Source: Amoebidium appalachense (lineage: Eukaryota; Protista; Ichthyosporea). Taken from it: a DNA stretch of 64,000 bases. The stretch is from assembly GCA_963693365.1 (NCBI GenBank), contig CAVNZM010000006.1:1116001-1180000 (forward strand), given 5' to 3'. Shown here piece after piece: positions 36,937 to 62,379 of this stretch (position 1 is the first letter of the stretch; every line of letters starts with the position of its first letter). The notes below the pieces were generated by a model. The model worked only from the letters and a program-made list of their open reading frames with translations, was not told the origin of the DNA and did not search any database. The position numbers were made by a program, and so were the translations under genes.

Positions 36937-38574
36937 ATGGCCATCGACTCCCACCCCCACGTGCACGTGATATCCGATCGCGTGGTTCACCGAAAACGTG
37001 AAGTCAAAAACACCGAAAAATGGAAGCCCAAAAAGCCGATTACGCAAGTCCAGCGCAGTGTGCCTCGCCGTGCTGCCTGGTGGGTGTTCGAGGTCGTCTT
37101 TGAGATTTTGGTGTTTCTGCTGCAGCCAATCGGAACGGCCCTTTTCTGGCTGCATGATCACGTGATGTACCGGTTCTTGGACCAGACCTACATCTACAAC
37201 GTTACCTGGGAGGTATGTATCCGATCATCTTCTCCCCGCCTCCCCCCTTCCTGCCCCACCACCACCACCACCACCCCTTCCCTCCCCCAACCTTCCTCCA
37301 GCTCCCCTTTGTTTTTTTCCCTCATCCCCCTCCCTCCCCCCCCCCCCCCCCCCCTCCTCCCTGCCCGCCCTTCCCTCCCAAAACGTTTACAATCCCGCCA
37401 CTCAAAAAGCATCGATGCGCTAAAACGGACAGTATTAGATGAAGGATGGTAGAGAGAAGGAAGGTGGTGGGGGGAGGGGACGGTTATTTAGCGAGACAAA
37501 ACGAGGCAAAACCAATTTTGATATCATCTTGTGGAAGTGCAACTCTACCACAATACTCCCCCCCCCCCCAACCCCCCTCCCCCTACTCCCCCTTCCTGTC
37601 CCCCAGAAAACCCCCAAACCCCTTCCCACACCCCAAGTTTCCAAAAGCTCAAGAGACACCCCCCCCCCCCCCCCCCCCCCCCTCTCACCCCATCCCCTGA
37701 CATCCCTCCCCACCCCACCCCTCCCTTCCCTCCCTTCTCCTCACACACAAAAGTAACCCATGTTCAAACCTTTTTAGTCCCCAGCCATGCCAAACAATAT
37801 TATCGATTCCCTACTTCGTGCACGACAAACCGTCTGCATTCTTTCAGCCTGCTAAATGCTAAAAATACGAACCAATCAGGACCCACGGATGGACCACCGC
37901 GCCCTCAACCTGAGCAGCAAGGATCACGTGATCACCCTGTCGTCAGCCGGTGACAACGTGCTCGACTATCTGATCGAAGGTGCTAGCGTGTTGGCCGTGG
38001 ACCTTAACAAGTGCCAACTTGCCCTGCTCGAAATCAAGGCCGTGGCGATCCAGAACCTCAGCTGGGAGGAGTTCTTTGCCATATTTGGCAAGTCCGATTG
38101 CGATCTGCTTCGCAAGGTTTACCCTGGACATCTTCGGCCCCACCTTGGTCAGGCCAGCCGTGAGTTCTGGGACCATCAGGTATACAGCAACCCCCCCCCC
38201 CCCCCCCCCCCCCCCCCACTGCTTTCCCTTTCCCTCGCTCCCCCCTTTATAACACAGTAAAGAGAAACGGGAAATCAACACTAAGGAGAAAAGGGAAAAT
38301 TCACTATGGACGCCGACACCTCTATTGTAAATACGAATATTGGTACAATGTCATTTAATATTAAGTCTATAGTCAAACACGGGAAACATTTCTAGAGACT
38401 CCTTGCCGCTAGCTTCTTGCACCACACAGCCACCCTCTTCCCCTCCCTTCCCCCCTGCGTTTACGGTTATCCCAAAAGTTTATCTCCCCGCCTCCGACCC
38501 CCCACACCGGACCCCTCTCCCCCTTTACCTCCTCTCCTGAGTTTGCGGTTCCCCCCAAAATTATCTTTTCTTCC

Positions 38575-38606
<32 letters not shown>

Positions 38607-40518
38607 ACCCAACCACCCACCCACTCCCCACCCCCTCTCAGCCCCTCACCTCCTTATTCTTCGCGCAAATAATCAAAATAAAAACGGAACAAAAAGATCA
38701 TGTGATATTGAAGGATAATCTGTTTATTCTTTTGGCAGTACCCTCTTCACCCTCTCACCCCCGGCTGAAACGGTAGTTCAAGACTCGGAAATTTTTTAAA
38801 CAAAAACAAAAACGGAAATGTCTAAATCGATTGATTACGTTATAAATAATCAGCTAACGAGCCCCCCCCCCCCAACCCACCCACCCACACACATGTACAC
38901 ACGTACACACGTACACACACAGCTTGTTGGCCTTCGCAGCCTCATGTACTCGGGCACCAGCGGCCACCTCGCCTTCCTGATTTTCCGTGCAATTTTCCCG
39001 CTTTTCGGTTTCGGCTGGATCCGCAACATGCTCGTTTCCGGTGCAACCAACAAGGAAATCCAGCAGGAAATGCACAAACACACGGGTCTTCTCGCAAGCA
39101 TGGCGTGGTTTGCCGACAACATCGGTTATCGCTACGGTTGTGTGCTTGCCGGCGTGCCCTACCGTCAGGCTATGCTCGGATACCACCGCGATAACTTCCT
39201 CTACGTGCTTTCCCGTGTTTTCCTCGAGAGCGACCTCGTCAACGACAACTATTTCTTTGCGGGATATATTTTGGGATACTACACCGAGAAGAACTGCCCG
39301 AGATATCTTCGCCCCGAAAATTTCAGCAATTTGCGCGCACAGCTCCGGCAGAACAAATTACGGCTCTACCACGGTGATATTCTGTCGGCTATCCGTGACA
39401 GCGAGAAAACGATTACGGTGGCGTCGCTGCTCGATCACATGGATTGGATGTCGGAAGAGATGGTGCACGATGAAATTACGACGCTGATCTCCAAGATGGA
39501 CCCGATTAACGGCCGGATCTACTGGCGATCATTTGCCGATTGGGACCAGGGCGTCCATTCCGCACCACTTCTGTGGCTCAACCCTCATCGGGTCGACGAT
39601 CACGACGATCGCGTGTGCATGTACTTCAGCACGTGGGTGAGCCGCCTTAACGAAATCAACTACGCCCCACAGCCCCTTAACAACGAGAAACTCACCGGGT
39701 GCATCATCAACCAATTGCTGACGGGCGTCGTTATCACCACCTTCCCGATTTGGCATGCCGTTACGTCGCGATTCGCCAGCGCCAGCGAGAAAACCAACCA
39801 CGGGGACGCGATGGAATCCTTTTACAAGATGCAAAAGGACGGTTATGACGCATTCCGCGAGAACATGCTTCACGCACGGTCGGGTCTGGTATGTTCCGTG
39901 CCGCTCAAGAAGACACAGAAGATGGTGTGGGTCGACGTCGGCGGCGGAACCGCGCGGAATCTTCAGTACTTCACGCCCGAGGCGATCCGCGCGCACTTCA
40001 GCAAAATCGTCATTGTCGATGTGTCGACGTCGCTTCTAGAAGTCGCCAAGCAGAGAATCGCAGCGATGGGATTGGGCGATATCGTCACGGTTCTCGAGCA
40101 CGACTTCACCGCCGAGACAGTCTTCCGCTACCTTCCACCCCAAAATAGCGTCGACCTCGTGACCATGTCGTATTCTCTGTCGATGATTCCAAAAAAGGAA
40201 ATGGCTCTGGCGCACGCGTCGCGTCTCAGCAAACCGTCCGGGGAGGGTGTTGTTGCTATCGCCGATTTCTTCGCCCACGGAAATTACGACTCGAGCCTGC
40301 CCGTTCTCTCGTCGGCTCTCCGGTGGATCGAGCGCGATTTCCACCGGAAGTGGTTTGCGTGCGACGGCGTGTTCCTATTGGAGGATCGCATGGTCATGAA
40401 TGCGCACAAGCACGGCCTGGCCGGAATTTGGGACAAGCGGTTCCGTGGGCCCGTGCCCTTCCTCCCCTTCCTTGTGCCTTACCACGGGGTTATGATGTTC
40501 ACGAAATCCACCCACTAA
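36937..40518 (+). CDS. BTA1: Betaine lipid (DGTS) synthase, BtaA (DUF3419) - BtaB (SAM methyltransferase) fusion, 3 exons, ~723 aa
   Basis: Exons 36937-37212, 37880-38179, 38923-40518 (both introns phase 0). BtaA motifs YIYNVTWE|DPRMD, LSSAGDNVLDY, AVDLNKCQLALLEIK, LLDHMDW, IYWRS, DRVCMYFSTW. BtaB motifs MESFYKMQKDGYDAFRE, WVDVGGGTARN, VDLVTMSYSLSMIP, IADFF. N-terminal hydrophobic segment. Confidence 0.92.
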
Positions 40519-41189
40519 GGGAGCTCCCTGTACACTCCCCCCCCCCTCCCCCCTCTCTCTCACCGTCCCCCCCACCTGCACTCCCTACCAAAGCGTCTTT
40601 CTGATCTTTCTTTGTTTTTGGTTAGTCCTTGTACGGCACAGGGCCAAGTTTGGCCCACGCGCACACACAAAACACCAAAGATTAGTATTGGGTGTGTGTT
40701 ATCAGGATATCTGATGCAGGGGTTTGTAGCAGCACGATGTATGATATAGTCGGTGTCTAATCAGTGTCTCTATGTATGTAGCCAGGCTGTAGCTACTTGT
40801 GGTTTCAATAATAACCCAGAGTACGACGAAATGATTAATTGGTGCATGTGAATTACTATGAGTGGTAGGATAGTTACATTTAGTGCAATATCATTGCAAC
40901 AAATGCGGTAGAAATGCATGACTGTTTTACTGGTTAGACATAGTTCATGAATCGAAATTGAATAAGGATAATGGATAGCTGCACCATAGTCGCCATAGTT
41001 GAACACGGGTTTGAAAATGAGAAAGAAACTTGTGGAGTGATGTGCACGTGACAAAAACACGTGCACTGTGACAGTTCGGTGGTCCAAGATGTCGAAAATT
41101 AAAGATTTTTGAAATATACGAGTGCTAAGGTGAGTCCAAACACTATGATAGGTGCATTGTCATGCAGTATCTGATGCCACATTCTCCCT

Positions 41190-41524
41190 CACATAGCACA
41201 CGGTTCTGTCTCTCTCTTCCCCCCCCCCCTCCCCACATAGCATACTTTTGTCTCGAGCTCCCCCCCCCCCCCCCATCCTCCCTTCCCCTTCTCCCCACAT
41301 AGCATACGATTCTGTCTCTCTGGATCCCCCCTCCCCCCTCCCACACAGCACACCGTTATCCCCCCTCCCCCCTCCCCCCCCCAAACTCCCCCACATCGAA
41401 TACGGTTCTGTCTCTCCCCCCCCCCCCTTCCCCCCCCCGAATAGCTTACGGTTCTGTCTCTCCTCTCTCTCCACCCCTCTCCCTCCCTCCCTCCCCCCCC
41501 CCCCCCTTCCCACATAGGTTCTGT

Positions 41525-41555
<31 letters not shown>

Positions 41556-41605
41556 CACCCACCCACACACACACCCTCCCCTCCACAAAGCATACGATTC
41601 TGTCT

Positions 41606-41638
<33 letters not shown>

Positions 41639-41745
41639 ATAGCATACGGTTCGGCCCCCCCCCTCCCCCCCCCCCCCCCCCCCATATATACACACACAAA
41701 CACGCTCTCCTCCACATAACATACATACACTATTCTGTCTGTCTC
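41190..41745. repeat. Array of ~10 degenerate CACATAGCATACGGTTCTGTCTC motifs separated by variable C-rich spacers
   Basis: Examples: cacatagcacacggttctgtctc (41190), cacatagcatacgattctgtctc (~41295), cacatcgaatacggttctgtctc (~41392), cacaaagcatacgattctgtctg (~41584). Confidence 0.8.
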
Positions 41746-42037
41746 TCCTCTCTCTCTCCCCCCCCTCATTCCATCATCTAGTAGAGGTATTACACAATTT
41801 GTGCCTTCCCCGATTCGGATTGGGTCCCTGAAGGGGGGGGGGGGGAAGAAAATCACGTTGGGTGGTTGTGTTTGTGCGTGTGTGTGTGTGAATATTTTTC
41901 TTTGCAAATGTGTGTGTGTGTGTGTGATGGGTATGTATGCACGGTGTGTGTGTCTGTGTGTATGCGTACAGGTGTGGGTGTTTGTATTTGTGTCATCGGT
42001 GTGTGTGTGTCTATGTTGTGTGCATGTGTGCACATGT

Positions 42038-42075
<38 letters not shown>

Positions 42076-42266
42076 ATGACATTGTGTGCATGTGTGTGTG
42101 TGTTTTGTGTCAACGGTTATGATGTGTGTGTATGTATGTCCAGTGTGTGTATGTATGTGTGTGTGTGTGCAGTGTGGTGTGTATGTTTGCAGGGTGTGTG
42201 TGTCTGTGTATGTGTGTGTACATGCCAGTGTGGGTGTGTGTTTGTACCAACGGTTTCTTGACAATG

Positions 42267-42301
<35 letters not shown>

Positions 42302-42336
42302 GCCACGGGGTGTGTGTGCGTGCGCCGTGTACATGG

Positions 42337-42368
<32 letters not shown>

Positions 42369-42986
42369 GGTGGGTGCATAGCATGTGATTGTACAGGGTG
42401 GATGCATGTGCACGTTTGTAATACAGTTATCATGCATGGTCTGAGATAGTATGTGCCTGTGCACGTGTACTAGCCTAGGTCACATGTGTGGTGTCACGGC
42501 TGTGCACGTGTGTGCATGTGTGTCTTTGAACGAAACACAGTGGTGTACAGTGTGTGTATTGCCTGCCATTTTAAAACGCGTGCCACTGATCGTGATACAC
42601 GTGGCACCTGCACCTGGTGGCCGTTGACTCTGAGCATCTAGATCCATTCCATGTTTAGGCCTTCCTGGGGAGGACGGGGGGGGGGGGGGGATGGAGTACT
42701 AGTAGGGGGGCCGGGGGGGGATCCGCTTGAGAGGGGGGGGGGGGGGGAGGGGTGAGGCCGAGCGGCGGTGGGGGAGAAGGAGGGGCAGCACTGGTGTAGG
42801 GAACGGTGGGCAGCGGAGGAGGGGGGAATGGGGTTCGATTTCTGGGGGGGGGGGAAGTTTTGAAGTGGAGGCCGGCCTATATATCAATATGCATGCGCAG
42901 GCATATGCATTGTATGTTCATGTGGCCATGCATGGCTATGATGCATATATGGTGTCACGGCTGTGTGTGTGTGAATGTTTGTGTGT

Positions 42987-43018
<32 letters not shown>

Positions 43019-43514
43019 TTGTGCGTGGGTGTGCATAAATGTGTTTGGTGTGACAACATGTACATGTGCTAGGCTGGCGCTCTAGTCAGGGTCTGCCATT
43101 GAACATTCTACGTATACAGGGACAGGGAGACACGTACGTACGTGTGCAGATCGTGTGGGTGGTGTATGCCCCGTGTATGATGAGACCTGCGAAGTCATGA
43201 GAAGTTTCCCCCCGGGGGGAGGGGGGGGGGGGGGGGGGGGGGGGCTCTCGGGCGTTCCGATTCGGCCGGGACGATTTTCGGAACTGTGTTTTCAAATATC
43301 GGAAATTCCGATTTTTTTTTTCGTAACTTCGAACCCTGCATGCAAGGCGTCAGTGACAGTGGGGTCACTCAGACTCACTCGGCACACACTTACAGAGCCC
43401 TACGATACATAAGACTTTTTGTTTGTGTATGCGTTTGTGCAGGTGGGGGTGCATGCCCTTTTACTACTACCTCTACAGCTTTGAGCACTTCTATATTATT
43501 GCCTCGGACACACC

Positions 43515-54797
<11,283 letters not shown>

Positions 54798-55504
54798 AAA
54801 TCTCTATATGTTGTCATTTTATCGCGGGCTGTGAGCACATATGTAGCAAGTGTTGTCTAGCCCAATCCCCAAATCAATATGTTGAATCGTGATTCAGATG
54901 TATGAAAGACTACCTCACTGTAATCTGTTACTACATGTATGAAGGTTCCTAGCAAATTTCATATTGCAGTTGTATCTTCCCTCCTTAGTTTTAGGGGATG
55001 ATGTCAGAATCTATAAAACATTTGTGCACAGAATTATAGTTGAAACCATGTTACAATCCGGTGTAGTTCCGCGTGTACGTTTGTACACGTGGAGTTTACG
55101 TATCCACCACGTGAATAATAAATACACCCGCAGTCATGTTTGCTAAATGAGAAGCTGTGATACTCAGATGTCCTTATATGCCATGTGTGTACACAACATG
55201 TTGTGAATGGTGGGTGGTTTCAATTGGTACAACTTGCGTGAAAGCCTTTTAGAATTTGACAGCGCACATTTGCATATTTGCTGGTGTTGCATTGTGTGTG
55301 TGTGTGTGTGTGCGTGTACACGTGTTTGTGCGTGTGTGGTAAGTTGTGGTTCGGTTGCAGTTGCAGGTGGGCAATGTTTGTTGAGCATGGCAGTGTGTGG
55401 TGCGTGGGTGCCTACATACATGTGGGGGTTTTCTGGGGTGGTGTGTGTGTATGGGTGTGTGTTTCGGCAACCAAATGCACAAGGGATCAGTCTGTTTTTG
55501 TAGC

Positions 55505-55542
<38 letters not shown>

Positions 55543-55972
55543 GTGACCGTGTGTGATCGTGTTTTGTGTGTGTGGGTGTGGTAATGATTGTGGGTGTGGG
55601 TGGGTCGTTATATTAGTGTGTGTGTGGGAGGTTTGAGGGGATTGGGGTTGGGTGTGGGTGTTTTGGGGGGGGGGGGATTTCGGGTCGATGGGTTGGGATG
55701 AACACAAAAGTGCACAAAAGAAAAAGATGTGATAATTTACTCGTCTTATGGGGATACTGTGGATATATATGGTACCCACTGGTTCCATCGGTGTATGAGC
55801 GTGATCATGAAAATAAACATAAAAATGAAGCTGATGTTAAAATATATAATGGAGGGAATATGACGGTTTTGTGGTGCAAGCGCAAACCCCATAACCAGCA
55901 CCAACCACACCTATAGCGAAGTTATGAAGTGAGATGCACACAAAAAAAAAAAAAAAAAAAAAAAACACGTGT

Positions 55973-56003
<31 letters not shown>

Positions 56004-56603
56004 GGATACCGCGTGTCTCAGGAAACCCTAACGGATTGTGTTATATCTCTATTATTGGGAACCAAGAGAAATATATTCTCAAACGGTCTCTATGTGTTCA
56101 ATATGAAAACGGTAAGCCTTGCATATACCGAGCAATCCCTCCCCCCCCCCCCCCCCCCCCCCCCCCATCCCCCCCCCTCTTCCCCCTCCTGTAACAATAA
56201 GTCCAATATACCCCGGGAAACCAGGGCCACATATGTAGCCCATACGCCCCGTATGTATGTACATATTCCTTGCATTATCTCATCAGACCTCGTAACAGCT
56301 CTAAGTGGAAAAGGAAAAAAAAGAAAAGAAAGAAAAAAAGAAAAAAAAAGAACCTCGCAGTCGACTGCATGTGATGGTCTATTCTTACACTCAGGTAGCC
56401 TGCAAGGCAAAAAAACGAAAACTTTTACCGGGAAATGTTCAACTATCAACCCTGCTCAAAACAGGGCACCAATGAAACACTAGCCCACCGGAACCATGCA
56501 ATTATATCAATCAAACCGAACCCCATCGAAATTCGCCGAACAACAAACTTAGGGTCGGGTCACCCAGCAAACCCGAACCGATAACATATACATCCATCTA
56601 TAT

Positions 56604-56764
56604 TTAGAAATCATCATCGAACTTGATAGAATGCACAGCCATATCAATCTTGCCTCCCCTGTAGGAGCCCCTCTTCTTCTTGTTCTTTTCCTTTGTGAAT
56701 CCTTTGCCCCTTGTTTTGATCAAGTCAAGGTTTGCTTTCTCACCCCACGAGCCAACGGCGCCGC

Positions 56765-56805
<41 letters not shown>

Positions 56806-58131
56806 ACGTGCACGCTCGTGTGTGTGTTGGAGGGGGTTTTGAATGCGTCAAAAAGTACGAAGTACACAAGAACAAACGGATAACACGATGCAGAATGCAA
56901 GCCATACATAAAGAGTATGCATAATAAGCAGATGTGTTGGAGGGGGGGGGGGGGGGGGGGTGCTCTGTGTGTGTGTGTATGGGGAAAGGGGTGGGCGGGG
57001 GGAGGAGGGTGTGTGTGTGTGTGTTAAGTTAGCACACGTCTTTACCAAGGCAACTATCGAGAGGCACCTACAACGCCAAAACATATTCAACACAGACACA
57101 GAGCAGCGGACATGCCCTGCTATGTCCCTGGCCACCCTACAAGCCAGGCTACATGCACACATCTATAGAATATTCAGTTCAATCCCACACCTCCGTGTTA
57201 TGCCGCAGTAAAAGCAGCACAAACAGCGCGAGGTCACAAACAGCTTGCTAGAGTTAAGGCTCTGCCATTATGTAAACCCAAAGCACATTATGTCCATAAG
57301 CAATCACGATGTTGAAACAAGTCACACAAGTCAACCTCCCCTCTCGCTAGCTAGCTTCCTCCCCCCTCCCCTCCCCGCCCCCACCAAAAAAAAAAAAACA
57401 AAAAAAAAACAGACGCACACCTGCATGGCCCACAACCAAATCCCCCCCCCCCCCCCCCCCCACCCACCCAACACACACACACACACCACACACACACACA
57501 CCTACCCCCCAGCCCCCCTTTTCTCCTGCATCCCTCTGCCCCAGCCCAGTTCATCCCTCCATCGCCCACGTGAGCACGAACCTTAGCAAAGAACGAGTTG
57601 TCCGCTAACCTTGCATCCGTAATCACCACCTGGGTGGGATCCACACGCTTAAAGGGGGTGTTGGCTTTCCTCTTCCTGTCCGTGTAAGAAGTCTCGCTCG
57701 TGTTTCCGCTCGCGTTGCCGTTCTGTAGGTGTGTAAAAGTCAGTATTAGTGATGTATGTGCATGTGTGCAAGTGTGTGGTGTGGGTCTGCAGCTGTATGT
57801 TCTGCGAATGCCTAAAAAAATGTGTACACACGGGGCCGTGTGTTTCATTGGTAGGCCCTCGACGAATGTGTGCATGAGTCTGCAAATACATACATGTGCT
57901 CAGCATCGTGTCTGAATGAAATAAGATGTGTGCATGCCTGTGTGTGCTGCAAGGGGGCTCCGAGGGAGGGGGGAGGGGGAGGGGGGGGAGGGGGAGGGGA
58001 GGGGGGGGGGGGGGGGGGGGGTATCTGGACCACCCGATAAATCACAATTGTGGTGTGAGCAGGCGCAGCGAGGGTCATCTAGATGAGGTGAAATGAGGAA
58101 GACGTGTCCCAGGTGGGGAGGGGGAGAAGCA

Positions 58132-58163
<32 letters not shown>

Positions 58164-59556
58164 CCTGTAGGCTACCAATACATTCTACAACAGCTGGGCA
58201 CAAAACAAAACACCAAGCAACCCTTCTTCCCCTTTCGTATCTATATTCTCCCTTATTCTTCATACAGTTTCCACAAATACCACGACATCTTTAAGGGGCC
58301 TCACAAAATTCCCCTAATGTTTACAATATCTCACAATCACCATGATATCTTTTTCCGGGGGGGGGGGGGGGGGGGGGAGGGGGGAGGGGGGGGGGGGGGG
58401 GGGGGGGGGTTTCAATACCTGGTGGGCCATACGGGGCAGGGTGGCAGGGCGCACACTGCCGTGTGCAGCCTTGGATTTCTTCAGTGGGGGATCGGCCTCA
58501 TCGTCACTGCACACAGAGGTCAGAGGCAGCCTAAAAATAGCAGCAAAAGACAAAAATAGCTGATGTTGTTTTGGCATGACACATCTAGTGGTGGGTGGTA
58601 GGCCAAAGTAAACAGTAGCAAGCATCTGTAGTGGCAGTGAAAGAAAGAGTGGTCGGTGGAGGGGTGGGGTGGGTGGTGGGTGGGTGGGTGGGTTTGGGGG
58701 GGGGGAAGAGAATAAAAACTAGGTACACACTAGCCAGATACAGATACACATCAAAGCACACAACGCTTTACGTCGGGAGGGGGCGGGCAGTGGGGGGGGG
58801 GGGGGGGGGGGGGACGACGTGTGAATGAACCAAGCACCCAGGGGGGGGGGCTTAACGGGGGTCTAGCATAGGCTACCCAGTAAAAAGTACAAATAGGCAA
58901 CAAGCAACACCATGCAGACATGCAACTAAATAAACAGGCACTAACATGCATGTGGCGTGAGCTAACACACACCTGCTGGCTTTCCTCTTGCCGGCCCGGG
59001 AGCTCTGTGGAGGCAACACATGAGCCATGAGCCAATGTACTCTTCAGGTATTCCCCCCCCCCCCCCCCCCCCCCCCTTCCGCACCCGCACACACAAGCCA
59101 CCACCACCATCAAAAAGAGCAAGAGAGGAGGGAAGGGAGGGACCGGGAGGGGGAGGGGGGGGGGACGGAGGGAAGGGGGGTAAAGTAGAGGGTGAAAGGG
59201 AGAGGGGGGGGAGGGGGGGGGGCAGGGGAGGAGGGGAGGGGAGGGAGGGAGGGCGGGTGGGGGGGGGGGGAAGGCAAAAGGAAAAAGAAAGAGACCACTT
59301 TTCCAACAGCCTTGTTCATTGCTCTCCCGAACCTCACTCACCCTCATTCCCCCCCCCCCCCCCCCCCCCCCCCCCTTCCGGCTACACTTTCCTTTACACT
59401 TCGCTTCTCGCTTCTCGAATTTTTATAAGGCATTTCATTTCCCACCCATCCTCCCCTCCCCACTCGCCCTCTTCCCCCCCTAGATTCCCCCCACTCGCTG
59501 CACACACACCACACACACCCCACATCCCATGTCACCACTTCAAAACAATGCACAAG

Positions 59557-59592
<36 letters not shown>

Positions 59593-62332
59593 CTGCCCGA
59601 CGGCACACAAAAACTCTTTCTTCCTCTGCCCACCCATAGGCTGGTGTCCTCCCCCCCCCCCCCCCCCTCCCCCCCTGCCTCCCCTCCCCACACACTCACA
59701 CAACCAACACACCCTGTAGTCCATGCACACACAGCCAGACAAGACAGACCCCTACCTCGTCACTTTCACTGCTCTCCTCCTCCTTTTCTTCCTCGCTCGA
59801 ATCACTGCTGGTCTCGACCTTTGCCTTCTTGGCTGCCGGCTTCTCCTCCTCCTCATCCTCGCTACTGTCCTCTTCCTCGCTGCTGCTTTCCTCCTTCTTG
59901 GCTTCCTTCTTTACCTCCTTCTTGGCAGGCTTCTCCTCTTCACTCTCGCTCTCTTCCTCGCTACTTTCTTCCTCACTACTTTCTTCCTTCTTAGCTTCCT
60001 TCTTCACCGGTTTCTTCTCCTCTTCTTCCTCGCTACTTTCCTCTTCCTCGCTACTTTCCTCTTCCTCGCTACTTTCCTTCTTTTTGGCTTCCTTCTTTAC
60101 GGGTTTCTTCTCCTCCTCCTCCTCCTCGCTACTCTCCTCTTCCTCGCTGCTGCTTTCCTCCTTCTTTTCTTCCTTCTTCCCCTTCTTTTCCTCCTTCTCT
60201 TCCTCCTCCTCGCTCTCTTCCTCACTGCTTTCCTCCTCGCTACTTTCTTCCTTCTTTTCCTCCTTCTTGGCAGGCTTCTCTTCCTCGCTGCTTTCTTCCT
60301 CTTCCTCACTACTTTCCTCTTCGCTTTCTTCCTTCTTAGCCTTCTTCGCAGCCGGCTTCTTTTCTTCCTCACTCTCGCTCTCTTCCTCGCTACTTTCTTC
60401 CTCGCTACTTTCCTCCTTCTTGGCTTCCTTCTTTGCTGGTTTCTTCTCCTCCTCCTCTTCCTCGCTACTCTCCTCTTCCTCGCTACTTTCCTCCTTTTTG
60501 GCACTCTTCTTAGCCTCCTCCTTCTTTTCAGGCTTCTTTTTCTCTTCCTCTTCCTCACTCTCTTCTTCCTCGCTACTTTCCTCCTCGCTACTTTCTTCCT
60601 TCTTTGTTTCCTTCTTTTCCGGTTTCTTCTTCTCCTCCTCTTCCTCGCTACTTTCCTCTTCCTCACTCTCTTCTTCCTCACTACTTTCCTCTTCCTCGCT
60701 AGATTCCTCCTTCTTAGCCTTCTTAGCAGCAGGCTTTTCCTCCTCACTTTCCTCCTCACTCTCTTCCTCACTGCTCTCTTCCTTCTTCTTCCCAGCCACA
60801 ACCTTCACCTCCTCCTCTTCCTCGCTACTTTCCTCTTCCTCGCTCTCTTCTTCCTCACTGCTAGATTCCTCTTTCTTGGCTTTCTTTGCAGCCTTACCCT
60901 CGCTCTCGCCCGCTAGCCGCTTCGCCCTGCCCCGATTCAATCGTAAGCCCCCGTCCCCATTCTCCAGCATTCAATCCCTCAACCCACACACACCCACACA
61001 CACCCACACACATACACATACCCACCTCAAACCCGACTCTTTGCCCGCATGTGATTTTTACCAGTCCATCCTACAACACACCAATAGTATCTTCCACACA
61101 CATCAAATCCCCCACTCCAACCCACTAACCCTCCAAATCCCGTCTCCCTATTGTCAACACACAGGACTGCACCCCCCCCCCCCCCCCCCCCCCGCCGCGC
61201 CCACCTCGACCCCCGTCCCCTTCCTCCCCCAACCCCCCTGGGCCAAGCGAAACTGTCCCTCATCCCTGCCCTCTTCCTCACCCCATCCCCCCATCCCCCC
61301 CCCCCCCCCCCCCCCCTACACACACACACACACACACATACCAAAAAAAGAACCACTCTTAACCCCCTCTCACTCACTTACCCCCCAAGGTGTAAACCCA
61401 CCTAGACTTCCATAAACTAACTCAAGATGTAAAACATGGGAAGGTTAGAAAAGGAATGCCTGACTGTTTCGTATTGAGCAAGAGATTGCATATATCAGAA
61501 TGTGTGTGTGTGTGGGGGGGGGGGGGGGGGGGGGGAGGGAGGGGGGGGGGAGGGGGGGGAGGAGGAAGGGGGGGGGGGGGGGGGGGCGGGCACGTACGAG
61601 TAGGCCTTGAAGACTTCTACCAGGTCAACATTGCTGCCGGACTTCTTGAGTTTCTGGGGGGGTTGAAGGTCAGATTAATGTCAAGCATAAGCTGATGTGT
61701 GGGTGTGAAAGCTGTGTGCCTGTCTGTGTGTGCACGGGGACTCGCCGTGGTGGGGAGGTCGGAGTGTTTGTGGAGGCGGGGTGGGTGGAGGGTGGAGGGC
61801 CGGGGGGAGGGGGGGAGGGGGGAGAAGAGAAGAGTTGGGGGGGAGGGGGGGGGGGGGGGGGAGGGGGGAGTGAGGTGGAGGGTGGGGAGGGGGGAGGATG
61901 GGATGCTTGTGTATATCTCCATCATATGTCGCTTGTACGGGGGGGTTAAGGCTGTAATATTTTCTCGTACTTTTCGAGCCCGTGGGTGAGGAGGGGGGGG
62001 AGAGCGATAGGGGAAGCCAGAGAGTGTACATCACTCTGCAGAGTTTGGAGAGGGTGGGTTGATGGGGGATGTGTATTAAGCCCCCTCCCCAACTCTCTAC
62101 TCTTTTCCCTTCCCCGTCCCCCCGCCCAACCCCACACAAACACCCCCACCCACACACACCAAGGGTATTCCCTCCCCTCCGCAACCTACCGTACATGTGT
62201 GTAAATATGCCACCCACCTTCCTCCCGCCTCCCCACACCCACGCTCCTTGACGTGCTTGTGTGCTACAGCATGTCTGCGCTCTGATACATACGTGGAACG
62301 TCCCAGTGCTCATGCCTGTGCATCTATGGCTG

Positions 62333-62379
<47 letters not shown>

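Noticed and set aside
59723-61415. Long + strand Ser/Leu/Phe ORFs (397 and 528 aa) and the Arg-rich alternative frame
   Set aside because: They are shadows of the repetitive Glu/Ser/Lys exon of NOLC1.
61617-61990. MMEIYTS segment as NOLC1 exon 2
   Set aside because: No suitable splice sites; exon 61653-61598 ([18 protein letters not shown]) has canonical sites and the correct phases.
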